Of a stretch of DNA of 64,000 nt, positions 38,085 through 49,907 are shown one piece after another. The stretch is from contig CM075995.1 of assembly GCA_038087875.1 (NCBI GenBank), positions 10,852,001 to 10,916,000 on the forward strand, written 5' to 3'. The position numbers and the translations under genes were made by a program. The notes under the pieces were generated by a model. The model was not told where the DNA came from. It did no database searches and saw only the letters and a list, made by a program, of their open reading frames with translations. Numbering within the stretch: the first letter of the stretch is position 1; the number at the start of each line of letters is the position of its first letter. The stretch comes from Malacoraja senta (taxonomy: Eukaryota).

Positions 38085-39239
38085 CTAAGGATCCGAGATA
38101 GTAGAACCAAAGAAGCATTTCTTCGTTTAAAATGTATATTTACCTTCTATTAGCACAATTTATTCAATTAAGCCCTTCCATAAACACTTGAATTCAATTG
38201 AACAAAAATCTATGTTACTCTCACTGATTGCCACAGTCATTTATGTTATGTATAAGTCACGGAATTAGCGATAAATTAAATAGTTAGTATCAAACGCCTG
38301 CCGATTTCACCACAATTCAATCATCTGTATTGGTCAAATCCTCATGGAGAAAACAGCAACAAGTTGTGCTATTTGCAAACCCTCTCACTCAAGGCTGCCT
38401 CTGGAAAACATCCACATTGAAAACTCCATGCATTTCTTAAGAAACGCCCATTTCTCTAATTTGCTGTTGATTTACAATTTCAATATTTCACCCATTCCAC
38501 TGCAAAAGCTGAAGATTCAAAGGAGAGAATGTTTTGAAAGTGTAAGAAACATTGCATTCAAGTCTAAACATGAACACTTTTGGCCAAAGCCGTATTTTCT
38601 TATACCCATCTCGACATGTTGATTAAGTTCAAGTTTATGAATTCTTACATGAATTCAGCCAAGAACTACTTTCATGTGGTTAGGACAGCTGTGTCACGCA
38701 CACAAATGCAAGCCTTGCTCTGATTTGAATAAGGTGTATCAAAAATACTGAGTGGGAGAGTGACTCAAGTTAGTGATGAGGGTGTGTTATTTAGTGTATA
38801 TAGCCACGGGCAGTTGGAGAATGATGGAGTAGATTATCTGTCCTAATCTCTCTTAGCCTGGTACTTACCGCAGTATCTTTATTTTTTATTTTTTTGTTTT
38901 GTTTATTTTATTAGAAGTTAATACAATACAAAACAATACAGTGGCACCTAATTTTAGGTGCCAACTGTGTCATAACGTAATGCATTCTATGTACAACCTC
39001 TAATTTTATGTTTTTGAAAAGGAGGTAAAAAATAAAAAATAAAAGAAAGAAAGAGAAAAAAAATAGAGAAAAGAAAGAGGAAAAATAAATAGTAGAAAAT
39101 AGAAAAACGTGAAGTGTGTATATAAGAAAAGAAAAAATAGAAAGTAGAAATAGTAGAAAAAGACCCTTAAAAAAGAAATTTTCAAATCTTTGTTTGGAGA
39201 TGTAAATCTATCCACGACCTGACCTGAAATCAGTAATCT

Positions 39240-42202
39240 TTACAGTACTGCTGCATCACATGATTCCAAAAAGTCGATGAAAGGTGACCAACTCCTTAAG
39301 AATTGGTCATATTTATCTATTAGGCGGAGTCTCATTTCTTCTAGGTGTGCTATGTCCGTCATATTCCTAATCCACATTTTAATAGTTGGTATAGCTGTAT
39401 TTTTCCAAAATTTAAGTATCAATTTCTTTCCAATTATTAACCCATAATTAAAGAATACTTTTTGGTCTTTGTTTAAATTGCTATCTTCTAATATTATTCC
39501 AAATATAATCCATTCCATATTAGGTTCAATTCTTGACTTGAAGAGCTTTGTAAATATATCAAATATATCGCTCCAAAATGTATTCAACTTTGTACATCCT
39601 ACAAATGAATGTGTTATATTGGCATTTTGAAACAAACATTTATCGCATCTGGGAGAGACATTTGGGTAAAATTTATTCAACCTCGTTTTTGAATAATATA
39701 GTCTATGTAATAATTTAAATTGAATTAAATTATGTCTTGCATTAATGGAACAATTATGTGTATTCATCAGATACTTTTCCCATCTATCTTTCGGGATCTT
39801 TACCATTAGTTCATGTTCCCAATCTTCTCTTAGTGCCTCTGTTGAGGGTAATATTTAATATACTATTTAATATACTATTATAAAAATATGATATTAGTTT
39901 TTCTGAATCAGCCTTAATATTCATTGCTTCTTCTAAAGGGTCTAAAAATATAGTTTGAGATCTATGTATATATTTCTTCATAAAGTCACATATCTGTATA
40001 TATTTAAAATATTGATTATCATTCAGTTTAAATTTTCATTTAAATTGTTGAAATGATAACAATTTGCCCAGTTCATACATATCTCCTACTTTCCCAATCC
40101 CCAATCTATCCCATTGTTTATATGTTTTGTCGATAAGAGATGGTTTAAATGCAGGATTATTCAGAATTGGGGTTAATACTGATAGACTATTGAATTTCAA
40201 GGATAATTTTATTTGTTTCCAAATTCTTATTGTATTGTGAATAATTGGGTTCTTCTTATATATTATGCTATTCAATTTTATTGGTGAGAACAAGATCGTT
40301 CCTATATCGTACGGGAAACACTCCTCTTTTTCCATTCTTATCCACTCCGACTGGTGAGTTGAACTATCCAACCAGTACATTATGTTCTTAATATGCACTG
40401 CCCAGTAGTAATACGTAAAGTTAGGTAGTGATAAACCCCCAGCTTCTTTAGGTTTACACAAATGCTTTCGTTGAATTCTGTGTGCTCTATAATCTCATAT
40501 AAAATTAGTGATATTATAATCTAGTTTTTTGAAAAAATATTTCGGAATATATATTGGGATAGCTTGAAACAAATATATTAATTGTGGCAAGAAAGTCATT
40601 TTTATAGCATTAATTCTACCTATCAATGAGAGTGGGAGCGTTTTCCAAAATTTAATCATAACATTCAATTTATTTAATAGTGGCATAAAATTGGCGCTAA
40701 ATAATGATTTGTGTCTTCTCATAATTTGAATACCTAAATACTTGAATTTTTCTGGTGCAATTTTGAAAGGGAATTTTAATAAGTGTCTCGCATCCTGTGG
40801 TTTTAAAGACATGATTTTGCTTTTATTCCAGTTTATTCTATATCCTGAAAAAGAACCAAATTCCTCAATTAGTGTTAATAAGGTGGGAATACTCGTTTGT
40901 GTATTAGTAATATATAAAAGAATATCATCAGCATATAATGAAATTTTATTCTTTGAATCCTTGGTATTATATCCATGAATATTCGGATGATTTCTAATCC
41001 TTTCAGCCAGCGGTTCTATCATAAGGGCAAATAGCAATGGTGATAAGGCACAACCCTGCCTATTACCCGTTGATAAATAAAATTTTGAAGATAACATATT
41101 GTTAGTTAATATTCTTGCCGTAGGTTTATCATAAAGTAGTTTAACCCATCTAATAAAATTCTCTCCCGTATTAAATTTTTTGAGTACCTTATATAAATAC
41201 TGCCATTCTACCTGATCAAATGCCTTCTCTGCATCCAGCGTAACGACTGAAATATCTTCAATGTCCTCTTTGTGAGAGTACATTATATTGAAAAGCCTTC
41301 TCAAGTTATTAAATGATTGTCTTTTGGGTATAAATCCCGTTTGATCCGGGTTTACCAATTTATTAATATAATTATTCAGTATTCTTGCTAGAATCTTTGC
41401 TAAAATTTTCTGATCCGTATTTAAAAGTGATATAGCTCTGTAAGAACCCGGTTCATCTAAATCTTTATCTTTTTTTGGTATAAGCGTTATTGTTGATTCT
41501 GCTAAAGTTTCTGGTAGTTTATTTTCGGTATAAGCCTGCGTGTATAAGTTGAGTAATCTTGGTACAAGTGACTCCTGAAAGCGTTTATAAAATTCATTAC
41601 TAAAACTATCTGGTCCTGGGGTCTTCCCAATTTTCAATGAGTTTATTATTTGTTTTATTTCTTCACTAGTAATCCATGCTCCTAATTCCTCTTGTTCTAA
41701 ACTATCCAATTTAGGGAGGTTGCAAATATCTAAAAAAATTGTAATTTTACTATCATCTGTATTTATTTTAGTTGTGTATAAATTGTGATAAAATTGGGCA
41801 ATCCTTTTATTAATATCCTTAGGTAATGTTAGAAGCTCACCCTTATCAGATTTAATTTTAGTGATAGTATTTTCCTTTTCTTGTTGCCTCAGTTGCCTCG
41901 CTAATAATTTATGTGGCTTATCCCCAAATTCGAAGTGTGCCTGTTTTGTAATTTGGAATAGTCTTATTACTCTACCCGATAATATTCTATTGAGTTTGTG
42001 TTTCAATAAGGTTATCTTATTATGTTTATCTATAGTTGGGTCACTTGCATTGTCCAGTTCTAGTAATTTTATTTCCTGTTCTATCCTCTGAAGTTCTCTT
42101 TCATTTTCTTTATTTTGATAACTTTGATAAGAGATTATAACACCGCGAATGTATGCCTTAAAGGTTTCCCATAATAGCGATAAAGAAATACCCATTTGTC
42201 TC
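39240..42202 (-). pseudogene. L1 ORF2, RT and C-terminal part, disrupted
   Basis: SYRAISLLNTDQKIL, LDAEKAFD, GNRQGCALSP, YADD, RCDKC. Confidence 0.93.
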
Positions 42203-42408
42203 GAAAAAAAATTTATTCCGGTGGCTGCTATGAAGCAGTAAGACAGCTGCACAGAGCTCTGCTCCCGACAAATCGTGTATAAACTTGGTTCCTACGCCAG
42301 GATCGATTAAAAAACTCTTACCGGGATTGCTGAACCTCGTGGGTATTGATGTCATCAGATGGTGCTGGTGGAATCGGGATTTAAAACGATTTTACCGGTA
42401 AAAATCGG

Positions 42409-43524
42409 ATGAAAAAGGGAAGTGGTCAGAGAGGACACAAGAAGACTACAATCAGTCTCCAGCTCCAGCTCCAAAAAGCTCTGGATGAGCTTGAAACCAC
42501 TCCTGAATCTACCTTTGAAAGTTTGGAAGAGGAGCTGGAATCTCAACATCCAACAGTCGAAATGGCTGCAAGAGCTGAAACAAAAGAGTTAAAAGAAAGG
42601 GAGAAAGAAATGAAAAGCTGGGAAGAATCGGTAAGAGTTAATATTACTAAAGACATTACTAAAGATCGTCAGAAGCAATTTGCTAAAATGAATTCTACAA
42701 TGCAGAACAATTTTTCTTCAATGGAGGATAATCTCTCTAAGAAAATTGACACTAGCTGTGGAGAATTAAAGGAACTTTACGTATCCCTGAACCAGCAGTT
42801 CAAAGATTTGGAGTCGAGGACTGCTAAGGAATTGGAAAGAATGCAGAGAGATTATAACAATAAACATGACTCCCTGCTGAAGCAATTAACAAAGACGGAA
42901 AAATTGATGGAAGAGATGGAGGGTGAAATGCAGCAGATGGGCCAGGAAATAACAGGTTTCAAAAAAGAACACGACGCGAATTGGGAGCTGACGAATAAAT
43001 TGAATGAGAAATGTCAAGATTTGGAAGCTAGGTCAAGGAGGCAGAATTTGAGAATAATAGGAGTTAAAGAGGGGGCAGAGCACGGCTCTGAAATGGGTGA
43101 TTTTATCACTAATTTACTTAAAGATGTTTTCAAACTGCCAGAAAAAACAAAGATAGACGTGGCTCATCGTGTTGGTCGCTTCCAAAGAGGAGCGAATGCT
43201 CCACCACGTCAAATTATCGTAAAGTTCTTAGACATTTCGACTTTGGAAAATTTATTAAAGAAGATATCTTATGGAGAAAATCTTACATTCGCTGATAATA
43301 TTGTTAGATTTTACAGAGACTACCCTCGGGAAATACTGGCAAAAAGACGCCAGTTTAAAAGTGCAAGTAGTATCTTACAAGGACATTCTGAAGTTCGTTA
43401 CGGTGTTATCTACCTTGCTAAAATGTTAATTACGTACAATGCTAAGCGACGTTCATTCACGGATCCCGATTCAGCTTGCAAATATGCCCAGGAGATTTTA
43501 AATAAAATTCAAGGAAAAGAATAA
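42409..43524 (+). CDS. L1 ORF1p (coiled coil, RRM, CTD), open
   Basis: Coiled-coil region followed by DLEARSRRQNLRIIGVKEG, AHRVG, PRQIIVKF, FYRDY. Confidence 0.9.
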   Translation: MKKGSGQRGHKKTTISLQLQLQKALDELETTPESTFESLEEELESQHPTVEMAARAETKELKEREKEMKSWEESVRVNITKDITKDRQKQFAKMNSTMQNNFSSMEDNLSKKIDTSCGELKELYVSLNQQFKDLESRTAKELERMQRDYNNKHDSLLKQLTKTEKLMEEMEGEMQQMGQEITGFKKEHDANWELTNKLNEKCQDLEARSRRQNLRIIGVKEGAEHGSEMGDFITNLLKDVFKLPEKTKIDVAHRVGRFQRGANAPPRQIIVKFLDISTLENLLKKISYGENLTFADNIVRFYRDYPREILAKRRQFKSASSILQGHSEVRYGVIYLAKMLITYNAKRRSFTDPDSACKYAQEILNKIQGKE

Positions 43525-44452
43525 CGTGACACTACGCCGGCTGAACTTGTTTTTTACTTTGTTTAGACGGTTTTCAGACATACTTATTTGGCCAGAACGT
43601 GTTTTTTAATAACAGAGTCCTAACTTTATCTTGAATTGAAAAACTGAGGCTCAACAGATGGAATGTTCAAGGTCGCAGGCTCTGCGCCAAGTTTTTCAGC
43701 CCTGAGTTTTATTGACTGTTCTTTTTTGAATTTATAACAGTCTTGTTGGTCTGCCTTTGTCTTAGTACTATATGATCTATTATTTAGATATACAGCATAT
43801 AACTAACTAACTAATTAATTATATATACGCAATAAACTCAATTAACCCTAAAGGTTTAATGTATTATACTAACATGACTAACTATATAGTAGGAAGGATG
43901 GGGGAGGTTAGACAGATATTCTAAATACTAATTACGAATCAACTAACATACAGGCTAATGAAAAGTCTGATTAATGACGATAATAATTCTATTTTATTTT
44001 ATTGTAAATCTTCTAGCTTTTCTTCTACCATCAGACTGCTGAAGGAGCTTGGAATCCACGGTCAAGCTCTGCGGAAGACCATAAGATCACTCTCAGAGGC
44101 GGCTGAAAGAAGCAGCCGGTGGATTTGGCTCAAGCGGAAAGACCCATGCTGGGCCCCAAGTATGTCGGGGTGAATCTTTGGGACGGTTTGACACGGGACA
44201 TGCGCTGAGGGTTGATCATCCTGCAGCGGGCTGCCCTTGTGGAGGGTGTATAGTGTTAAAAGGCCGAAACACCCAGTGATGCAAGGGTACACTACTGATG
44301 ATGTGTCCTATGCCCAACTGTCCTGAAGGTTACCCCCCCCCCACCCCCCCCCCGATGTTGAGCGTCTACCACTCTCAACAATCAACGAATGTCGTGAAAT
44401 GCTCCCCACCTATTGGCACAAGGGACTTCTTAACATCTTGTCCTGTGTATTT

Positions 44453-47400
44453 TTTTTTTTTTTAATATATTTTTTATTTTTTAGAAGTACGGTAGATTAC
44501 AGTAATGTACAACACGTATATATTAATACATTTTTTGTACCGCTTCACTTTTTTAAACTTTAAGAAAGAAAAAGAAAGAAGTAAGAAAAGTGAAGAAAGT
44601 GCACAAAGGTTGTGAAGTGCAAAAGAGTGTTGGGAAAAGAAAGCCCCTTAGAAAAGAAGTTAGAGAAGGAAGTAAAGTTAGAAAATAGACCCTAGAAAAA
44701 AAAAGAGAAAGAAAGAAGGAACAATCGCTCTATTATAATTCTTATACCATACTTCATAGAGAAGGAACTACCAACCAAGTCTGTTTTTATTTTACCTCCC
44801 ATTACCAGGTCCAGATACCTTTTATTTATTTATTTGTTTTTCTAAATTACTATTGCACCTCATGCTTGTAATAGGTCCAAAAACGTAGACCACGTCTTTT
44901 GAAATTGATCTACTTTGCCTACTAGGAGGAATCTCATCTCTTCCAGATGTAATGTTTCCAACATATTTGATGTCCACATTTTTATTGTTGGTGTGGGCGC
45001 ATTTTTCCAGAATTTAAGTATAAGCTTTTTTCCCATTATTAGCCCATAATTGAGTAAATTCTTCTGATACACGTTTAATTCAGGAATACCTTCCGATATT
45101 CCAAAAATAATCCATTCTGGTTTTGGTACCAGTTTTATTTTGATTAATTTTGAAAAAATATCAAATATTTCAAACCAGAATTTTTGGATTTTTGTACAAA
45201 AAACAAAAGAATGTGCTATGGTAGCTTCTTGACATATACATTTATCACAGATTGGTGAGACGTTAGGAAAGATTTTATTTAGTTTGGTTTTTGAATAATA
45301 TAATCTATGTAATGTTTTAAATTGGATAAGCGTATGTCGTACGTTGATCGAGCATTTATGCACCTGTAATAAATGATTATCCCAACTCTCTTTTGAAATT
45401 TTTATACCTAGATCTTGTTCCCAATCTCTTCTAATTCCATCTGTTGTGGGTATTTCTATATTTAAGATGATATTATATAAGTATGATATTAAATTAACTG
45501 ATTCCGCCTTTGTCTTCATTGCTTCATCTAGTAAGTCGGAAGGCATATTATAATAATCTTTTGTGTGTGTTTTCAAATAGTCACAGATTTGTAGATATTT
45601 AAAATATTGATTATTTTTCAAATTATATTTCAGTTGTAGTTGTTGGAATGATAGTAATTTTTCTAATTCATACAGATCTTCGAGCGTTTTAATTCCCATT
45701 CTTTCCCATTGTATAAATGCTTTATCTATGATTGAAGGTTTAAACGATGGGTTATTGACTATTGGTATTAAGAGAGATAGGTTTCTTAATTTTAGATTCT
45801 GTTTTATTTGCTTCCATGTTCTAATAGTGCTATATATAATTGGATTTTTATTATAATTTTTATTATTCAAATTTATTGGAGAGAGAATAATCGCTCCTAT
45901 ATTATTCGGGGAGCAATCCCCTTTTTCCATTATAATCCAGTCCACCTGCTGGGCAGAATTGTCCAGCAGGTGAATCATATTTTTAATATTTACTGCCCAG
46001 TTATAATACATAAAGTTGGGGAGCGCTAGACCCCCCAACTCTTTTCGTTTGTTAAGGTGTGTTCTTTGTATTCTGTGGGATTTGTAATCCCATATAAAAT
46101 TTGTAATGTCTGAGTCCAGTTTTTTGAAAAACTTTTTTGGGAGATATATAGGTATTGATTGAAATAGGTAAAGGATTTGTGGCAAGAAAATCATTTTTAT
46201 AGCATTTATCCTACCTATTAAGGACATCGGAAGTGTTTTCCAAAATTTAATCAGATTATTTAATTTCTTAAGTAGGGGATTATAATTAGCTTTAAACATA
46301 TCATGGTAATTTCTAGTAATCTCAATTCCTAAATATTTGAATTTTTCCATAGCTATTTTAAAAGGGAATTTCCTGAGATGTGTTGAGTCTTTTGGTTTAA
46401 TCGACATAATTTCACTTTTGTTCCAATTTATTCTATATCCTGAAAAGGATCCAAAGTCCTCAATTAAGTTTAATATATTTGGTATACTAATTTGTGGTTT
46501 TGTGATGTACAGTAGTACATCATCAGCATATAGGGATAGTTTGTTGTTTGAATATTTTGTGTTATAACCGTGAATATTCGAGTGTGTTCTTATTTTTTCA
46601 GCAAGGGGTTCAATTACCAAAGCAAATAACAGCGGTGATAGTGAACATCCTTGTCTGTTGCCCCTAGATAATTCGAATTTTGAAGATAATATATTATTAG
46701 TTAGTATTCTAGCCGTAGGTTTGTTATATAGTAGTTTTATCCATGCAATAAAGTTTTCTCCCAATTGGAATTTTTGCAATACTTTGATCATATAGTCCCA
46801 TTCTACTTGATCAAACGCTTTTTCTGCGTCCAGTGAGATGATTGCTAACTCTTGGTCATCAGATTTATGTGAATGCATTATGTTAAGCAAACGTCTCAAA
46901 TTATTAAATGAGTGTCTCTTAGGTATAAATCCTGTTTGATCCTCATGTATTAGTCTACTAACATACTTGCTTAATCTATTGGCTAATGTTTTTGCTATTA
47001 TTTTCTGATCCGTATTTAACAAAGCAATAGCTCTATATGATCCTGGTTCTTCTATATTTTTATCTTTTTTAAGTATTAATATGATCGTTGATTCCGCTAG
47101 TGTTTCAGGTAGGTTTTGCTCTTTATAAGCATATGTATACATTTTTTGTAATCGTGGAGTAACTATATCATAAAAAGATTTATAAAATTCATTACTGAAT
47201 CCGTCTGGTCCTGGTGTTTTTCCATTTTTTAGTGTTTTTATTGTGTCTTCTATCTCCTTAGAAGTAATTTGTGCTCCCAGTTCCTCTTGTTCCCTGCGTT
47301 CTAATTGTGGTAGATTACAATTATCTAAAAATTCTGAGATTTTATTATTGTCTATTGACGTTTTAGATGTGTATAGATTCTGGTAAAATTGAGCAAATCT

Positions 47401-48071
47401 TTTATTAATATCCTTGGGTAGTGTTAATACTTCCCCTCTATCTGATTTAATCTTTAATATTGCATTCTCTTTTTCCCGTTTTTTAAGTTGTCGTGCTAGA
47501 AGTTTGTGGGGTTTGTCCCCGAATTCGAAGTGTTCTTGTTTTGTGATTTGAAATAATGTTATAACTTTCTCTGACAGTAATTTATTTAACTGAAATTTCA
47601 GTAGTAGTATTTTATTATGTTTATCCATAGTTGGGTCTTTAGCATTATCTATATCTAACTGTTTTATTTGATCTTCTAAGTGTCTTTGTTCATTCTTATT
47701 CTTTTTATTTTGATAAGCTTGAAATGAAATAATGACTCCTCTTATAAATGCTTTGAAGGATTCCCATAATAACGTGGGGGATATCTCTGGTGTATCATTT
47801 AACTCAAAAAATAGATCCATCTGTTTTTTTAGATAGATACTCCCTTGAGGGTCTTTTAAAATTTGTGAGTTAAACCTCCAGAACGGTTTATTCATAGACA
47901 TTCCTTCTAGTTTTAGAACAAAAGTTAACGGAGAATGATCTGAGATCGCATTAATATGATATTTAGGATTCAGAGATTGCGAAATTAATTTTGTATCCAC
48001 AAGAAAATAGTCTATCCGTGAATATGTTTTATGCACCATTGAATAAAACGAGTAATCCCTTCCCGTCGGGT
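44453..48071 (-). mobile_element. Second L1-like LINE, 5'-truncated
   Basis: Poly-A tail; 15-bp TSD ttgtcctgtgtattt at 44438-44452 and 48072-48086. Confidence 0.93.
44860..48039 (-). CDS. L1 ORF2p, uninterrupted 1059 codons, lacking most of the APE domain
   Basis: YSRIDYFL, SDHSP, PGPDGF, LDAEKAFD, GNRQGCSLSP, YADD, ICDKC. Confidence 0.93.
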   Translation of the reverse strand: MVHKTYSRIDYFLVDTKLISQSLNPKYHINAISDHSPLTFVLKLEGMSMNKPFWRFNSQILKDPQGSIYLKKQMDLFFELNDTPEISPTLLWESFKAFIRGVIISFQAYQNKKNKNEQRHLEDQIKQLDIDNAKDPTMDKHNKILLLKFQLNKLLSEKVITLFQITKQEHFEFGDKPHKLLARQLKKREKENAILKIKSDRGEVLTLPKDINKRFAQFYQNLYTSKTSIDNNKISEFLDNCNLPQLERREQEELGAQITSKEIEDTIKTLKNGKTPGPDGFSNEFYKSFYDIVTPRLQKMYTYAYKEQNLPETLAESTIILILKKDKNIEEPGSYRAIALLNTDQKIIAKTLANRLSKYVSRLIHEDQTGFIPKRHSFNNLRRLLNIMHSHKSDDQELAIISLDAEKAFDQVEWDYMIKVLQKFQLGENFIAWIKLLYNKPTARILTNNILSSKFELSRGNRQGCSLSPLLFALVIEPLAEKIRTHSNIHGYNTKYSNNKLSLYADDVLLYITKPQISIPNILNLIEDFGSFSGYRINWNKSEIMSIKPKDSTHLRKFPFKIAMEKFKYLGIEITRNYHDMFKANYNPLLKKLNNLIKFWKTLPMSLIGRINAIKMIFLPQILYLFQSIPIYLPKKFFKKLDSDITNFIWDYKSHRIQRTHLNKRKELGGLALPNFMYYNWAVNIKNMIHLLDNSAQQVDWIIMEKGDCSPNNIGAIILSPINLNNKNYNKNPIIYSTIRTWKQIKQNLKLRNLSLLIPIVNNPSFKPSIIDKAFIQWERMGIKTLEDLYELEKLLSFQQLQLKYNLKNNQYFKYLQICDYLKTHTKDYYNMPSDLLDEAMKTKAESVNLISYLYNIILNIEIPTTDGIRRDWEQDLGIKISKESWDNHLLQVHKCSINVRHTLIQFKTLHRLYYSKTKLNKIFPNVSPICDKCICQEATIAHSFVFCTKIQKFWFEIFDIFSKLIKIKLVPKPEWIIFGISEGIPELNVYQKNLLNYGLIMGKKLILKFWKNAPTPTIKMWTSNMLETLHLEEMRFLLVGKVDQFQKTWSTFLDLLQA

Positions 48072-48520
48072 TTGTCCTGTGTATTTGATTCTCCTTCTAG
48101 CTTTTCTTATATTTTATTTTAAATTTTTTGGCTATTAATCGACCTGACACGATAATTTTGGTTATAAGTGGAGGAAACCAAGTTGGATGATATTTTACTA
48201 GGGGGACAAAGCCCAGTGCATAATTCCATCGATGGAGGTCAATTTAAAACAAATCTTAGCCACCATAGGTGGCTTTTTTGTAAGATATCGCTTTTTTGAT
48301 AACTTACATTCACTTTTTTTGTTTATTCACTATTATGCGTTGTATGATATAACAATCTTTATGAACACTTCATTTTATGTTTTTCTTTTTCCCTTAATTA
48401 TGTTTAATAGTGTCAGGAGATGTAAAACTAGTGCAGAAATTATGAAGGACAACCCTGGACTCGGGATTTCGAGGTACTTGGCTGCATCACATGAATTATA
48501 CATTCTGGTAATAATAGCCA

Positions 48521-49345
48521 ATGCAAGATAATAGTCGAATAAACACCGGAGGTCTCACTTTTTGTAGTTGGAACATTAGAGGTGCGAATGAGCCAATTAA
48601 GAGGGGTAAAATTCTGGCACAATTAAAATCATTAAACATTGATATTGCTTTCCTACAAGAAACGCATTTGAAACAACAAACGCAGATCAGATTAAGGGCA
48701 AACTGGATAGGTCAAACCTACTATTCCTCATTCACTTCTAAAGCAAGAGGCATGGTCATTATAATTCGGAAAGGTATACCTTTTATATTAAAGAAGTCTA
48801 TATCTAATAAAGAGGGAAGATACATTATAGTCACGGGAGAAATTTACAATACACCATTAACTATGATAAATATTTATGCGCCTAATTTTGATAATCCCCA
48901 ATTTTTTAAGAAAATAGTAGATATAATTGCAGAGCATAATTATCAAAATATTATAATGGGGGGAGATTTTAATTGTGTTATAGACCCATACTTAGATAAA
49001 TCAATAAAGGTAGGGAAGCGTCTAGTTAAAACCAAGACCTGTTAATTTTTAAATACTTATATAAAAAATAATAACATAACTGACGTTTGGAGAATAGCAA
49101 ACCCAATTGGAAGCGAATATTCGTTTTACTCGTCGCCTCATAAAACTTATTCACGAATTGACTATTTCTTAGTGGATACAAAATTAATTCCGTATACAAT
49201 TAAACCATCATATCATAATAGTATTATTTCCGATCATTCACCACTGACTTTTATACTTAAAATCGAGGGAATGCCGGGTATAAAATCTTTTGGGAAATTC
49301 AACGCACAAATATTAAATAACCCGCAGGGTTATGAGTATATAAAG
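48521..49345 (+). pseudogene. L1 ORF2 APE domain of the inverted 5' half
   Basis: SWNIRG, LQETH, NIYAPN, GGDFN, YSRIDY, SDHSP; premature stop at 49045. Confidence 0.92.
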
Positions 49346-49512
49346 GTATCTTTATTTTACAGTCCGGATTTCCCAGAGCAAGAGACAGCAGTTTCAGTCC
49401 CGAATCTCCCAGTTTATTAATGCCCATATCCAACTCTGTCAGTGACTGGTTTGTGTTCAGAGCAGATGCAAGATCCTTGATGCAGGAAGATGTGATACCG
49501 CTCTTGTCCAGC
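49346..49512 (-). CDS. NLR LRR exon, interrupted (last 4 nt and donor at 38872-38863)
   Basis: LDKSGITSSCIKDLASALNTNQSLTELDMGINKLGDSGLKLLSLALGNPDCKIKI; 167+4 = 171 nt. Confidence 0.9.
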
Positions 49513-49656
49513 CTGGCGAACATGGTAAAGAGCAGAGAAACAAGAGTGTTGAAATCACCATTACTTTTTAGCAGTCCCATTAATACTTGGTATCAGACTA
49601 AACACCTGGGATTGTAAACAAAATCATTGTGAACACAACATCTCACAGTTACTTAC

Positions 49657-49743
49657 TCCAATTTCTGTATTTTACAATCAGGGTTCCTCAGAACTGCAAA
49701 CACCGGCTTCACTCCGGAATCTCCCAGGTCATTGTCCCCTAGT
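49657..49743 (-). CDS. NLR first LRR exon (87 nt)
   Basis: LGDNDLGDSGVKPVFAVLRNPDCKIQKL; tttag| acceptor and |gtaagt donor. Confidence 0.9.
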
Positions 49744-49907
49744 CTAAACACAAACAGATTGAGTAAGAAACAAACTGATCCAAAACCTGGATCTGAGATA
49801 ATTTCTCCCATTCTAAATATTTCAGGATATTAACAACCAGGTATTCCTGTCACTGACAAAAACCCTGCTGCCCAGCTCCCTGTTATTCACGGAATGCAAT
49901 CATTTAT

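Larger units (their letters stand above)
44025..48093 (+). mobile_element. 3' fragment of an RLE-clade (HERO/NeSL-like) non-LTR retrotransposon (44025-44452 plus 48087-48093)
   Basis: C-terminus LLKELGIHGQALRKTIRSLSEAAERSSRWIWLKRKDPCW; 15-bp TSD cttctagcttttctt at 44010-44024 and 48094-48108. Clade assignment is from recollection of the motif. Confidence 0.7.
38886..49345. mobile_element. L1-like LINE, essentially full length with an inverted 5' half
   Basis: 3' half on minus strand (38886-42202: RT and C-terminal Cys domain, A-rich tail); 5' half on plus strand (about 42213-49345: ORF1 and APE); 13-bp TSD gtatctttatttt at 38873-38885 and 49346-49358. Confidence 0.92.

Noticed and set aside
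44860..48039. 1059-aa ORF as an autonomous element or domesticated gene
   Set aside because: 5'-truncated within the APE domain, with no ORF1 or promoter; consistent with a recent dead-on-arrival copy.
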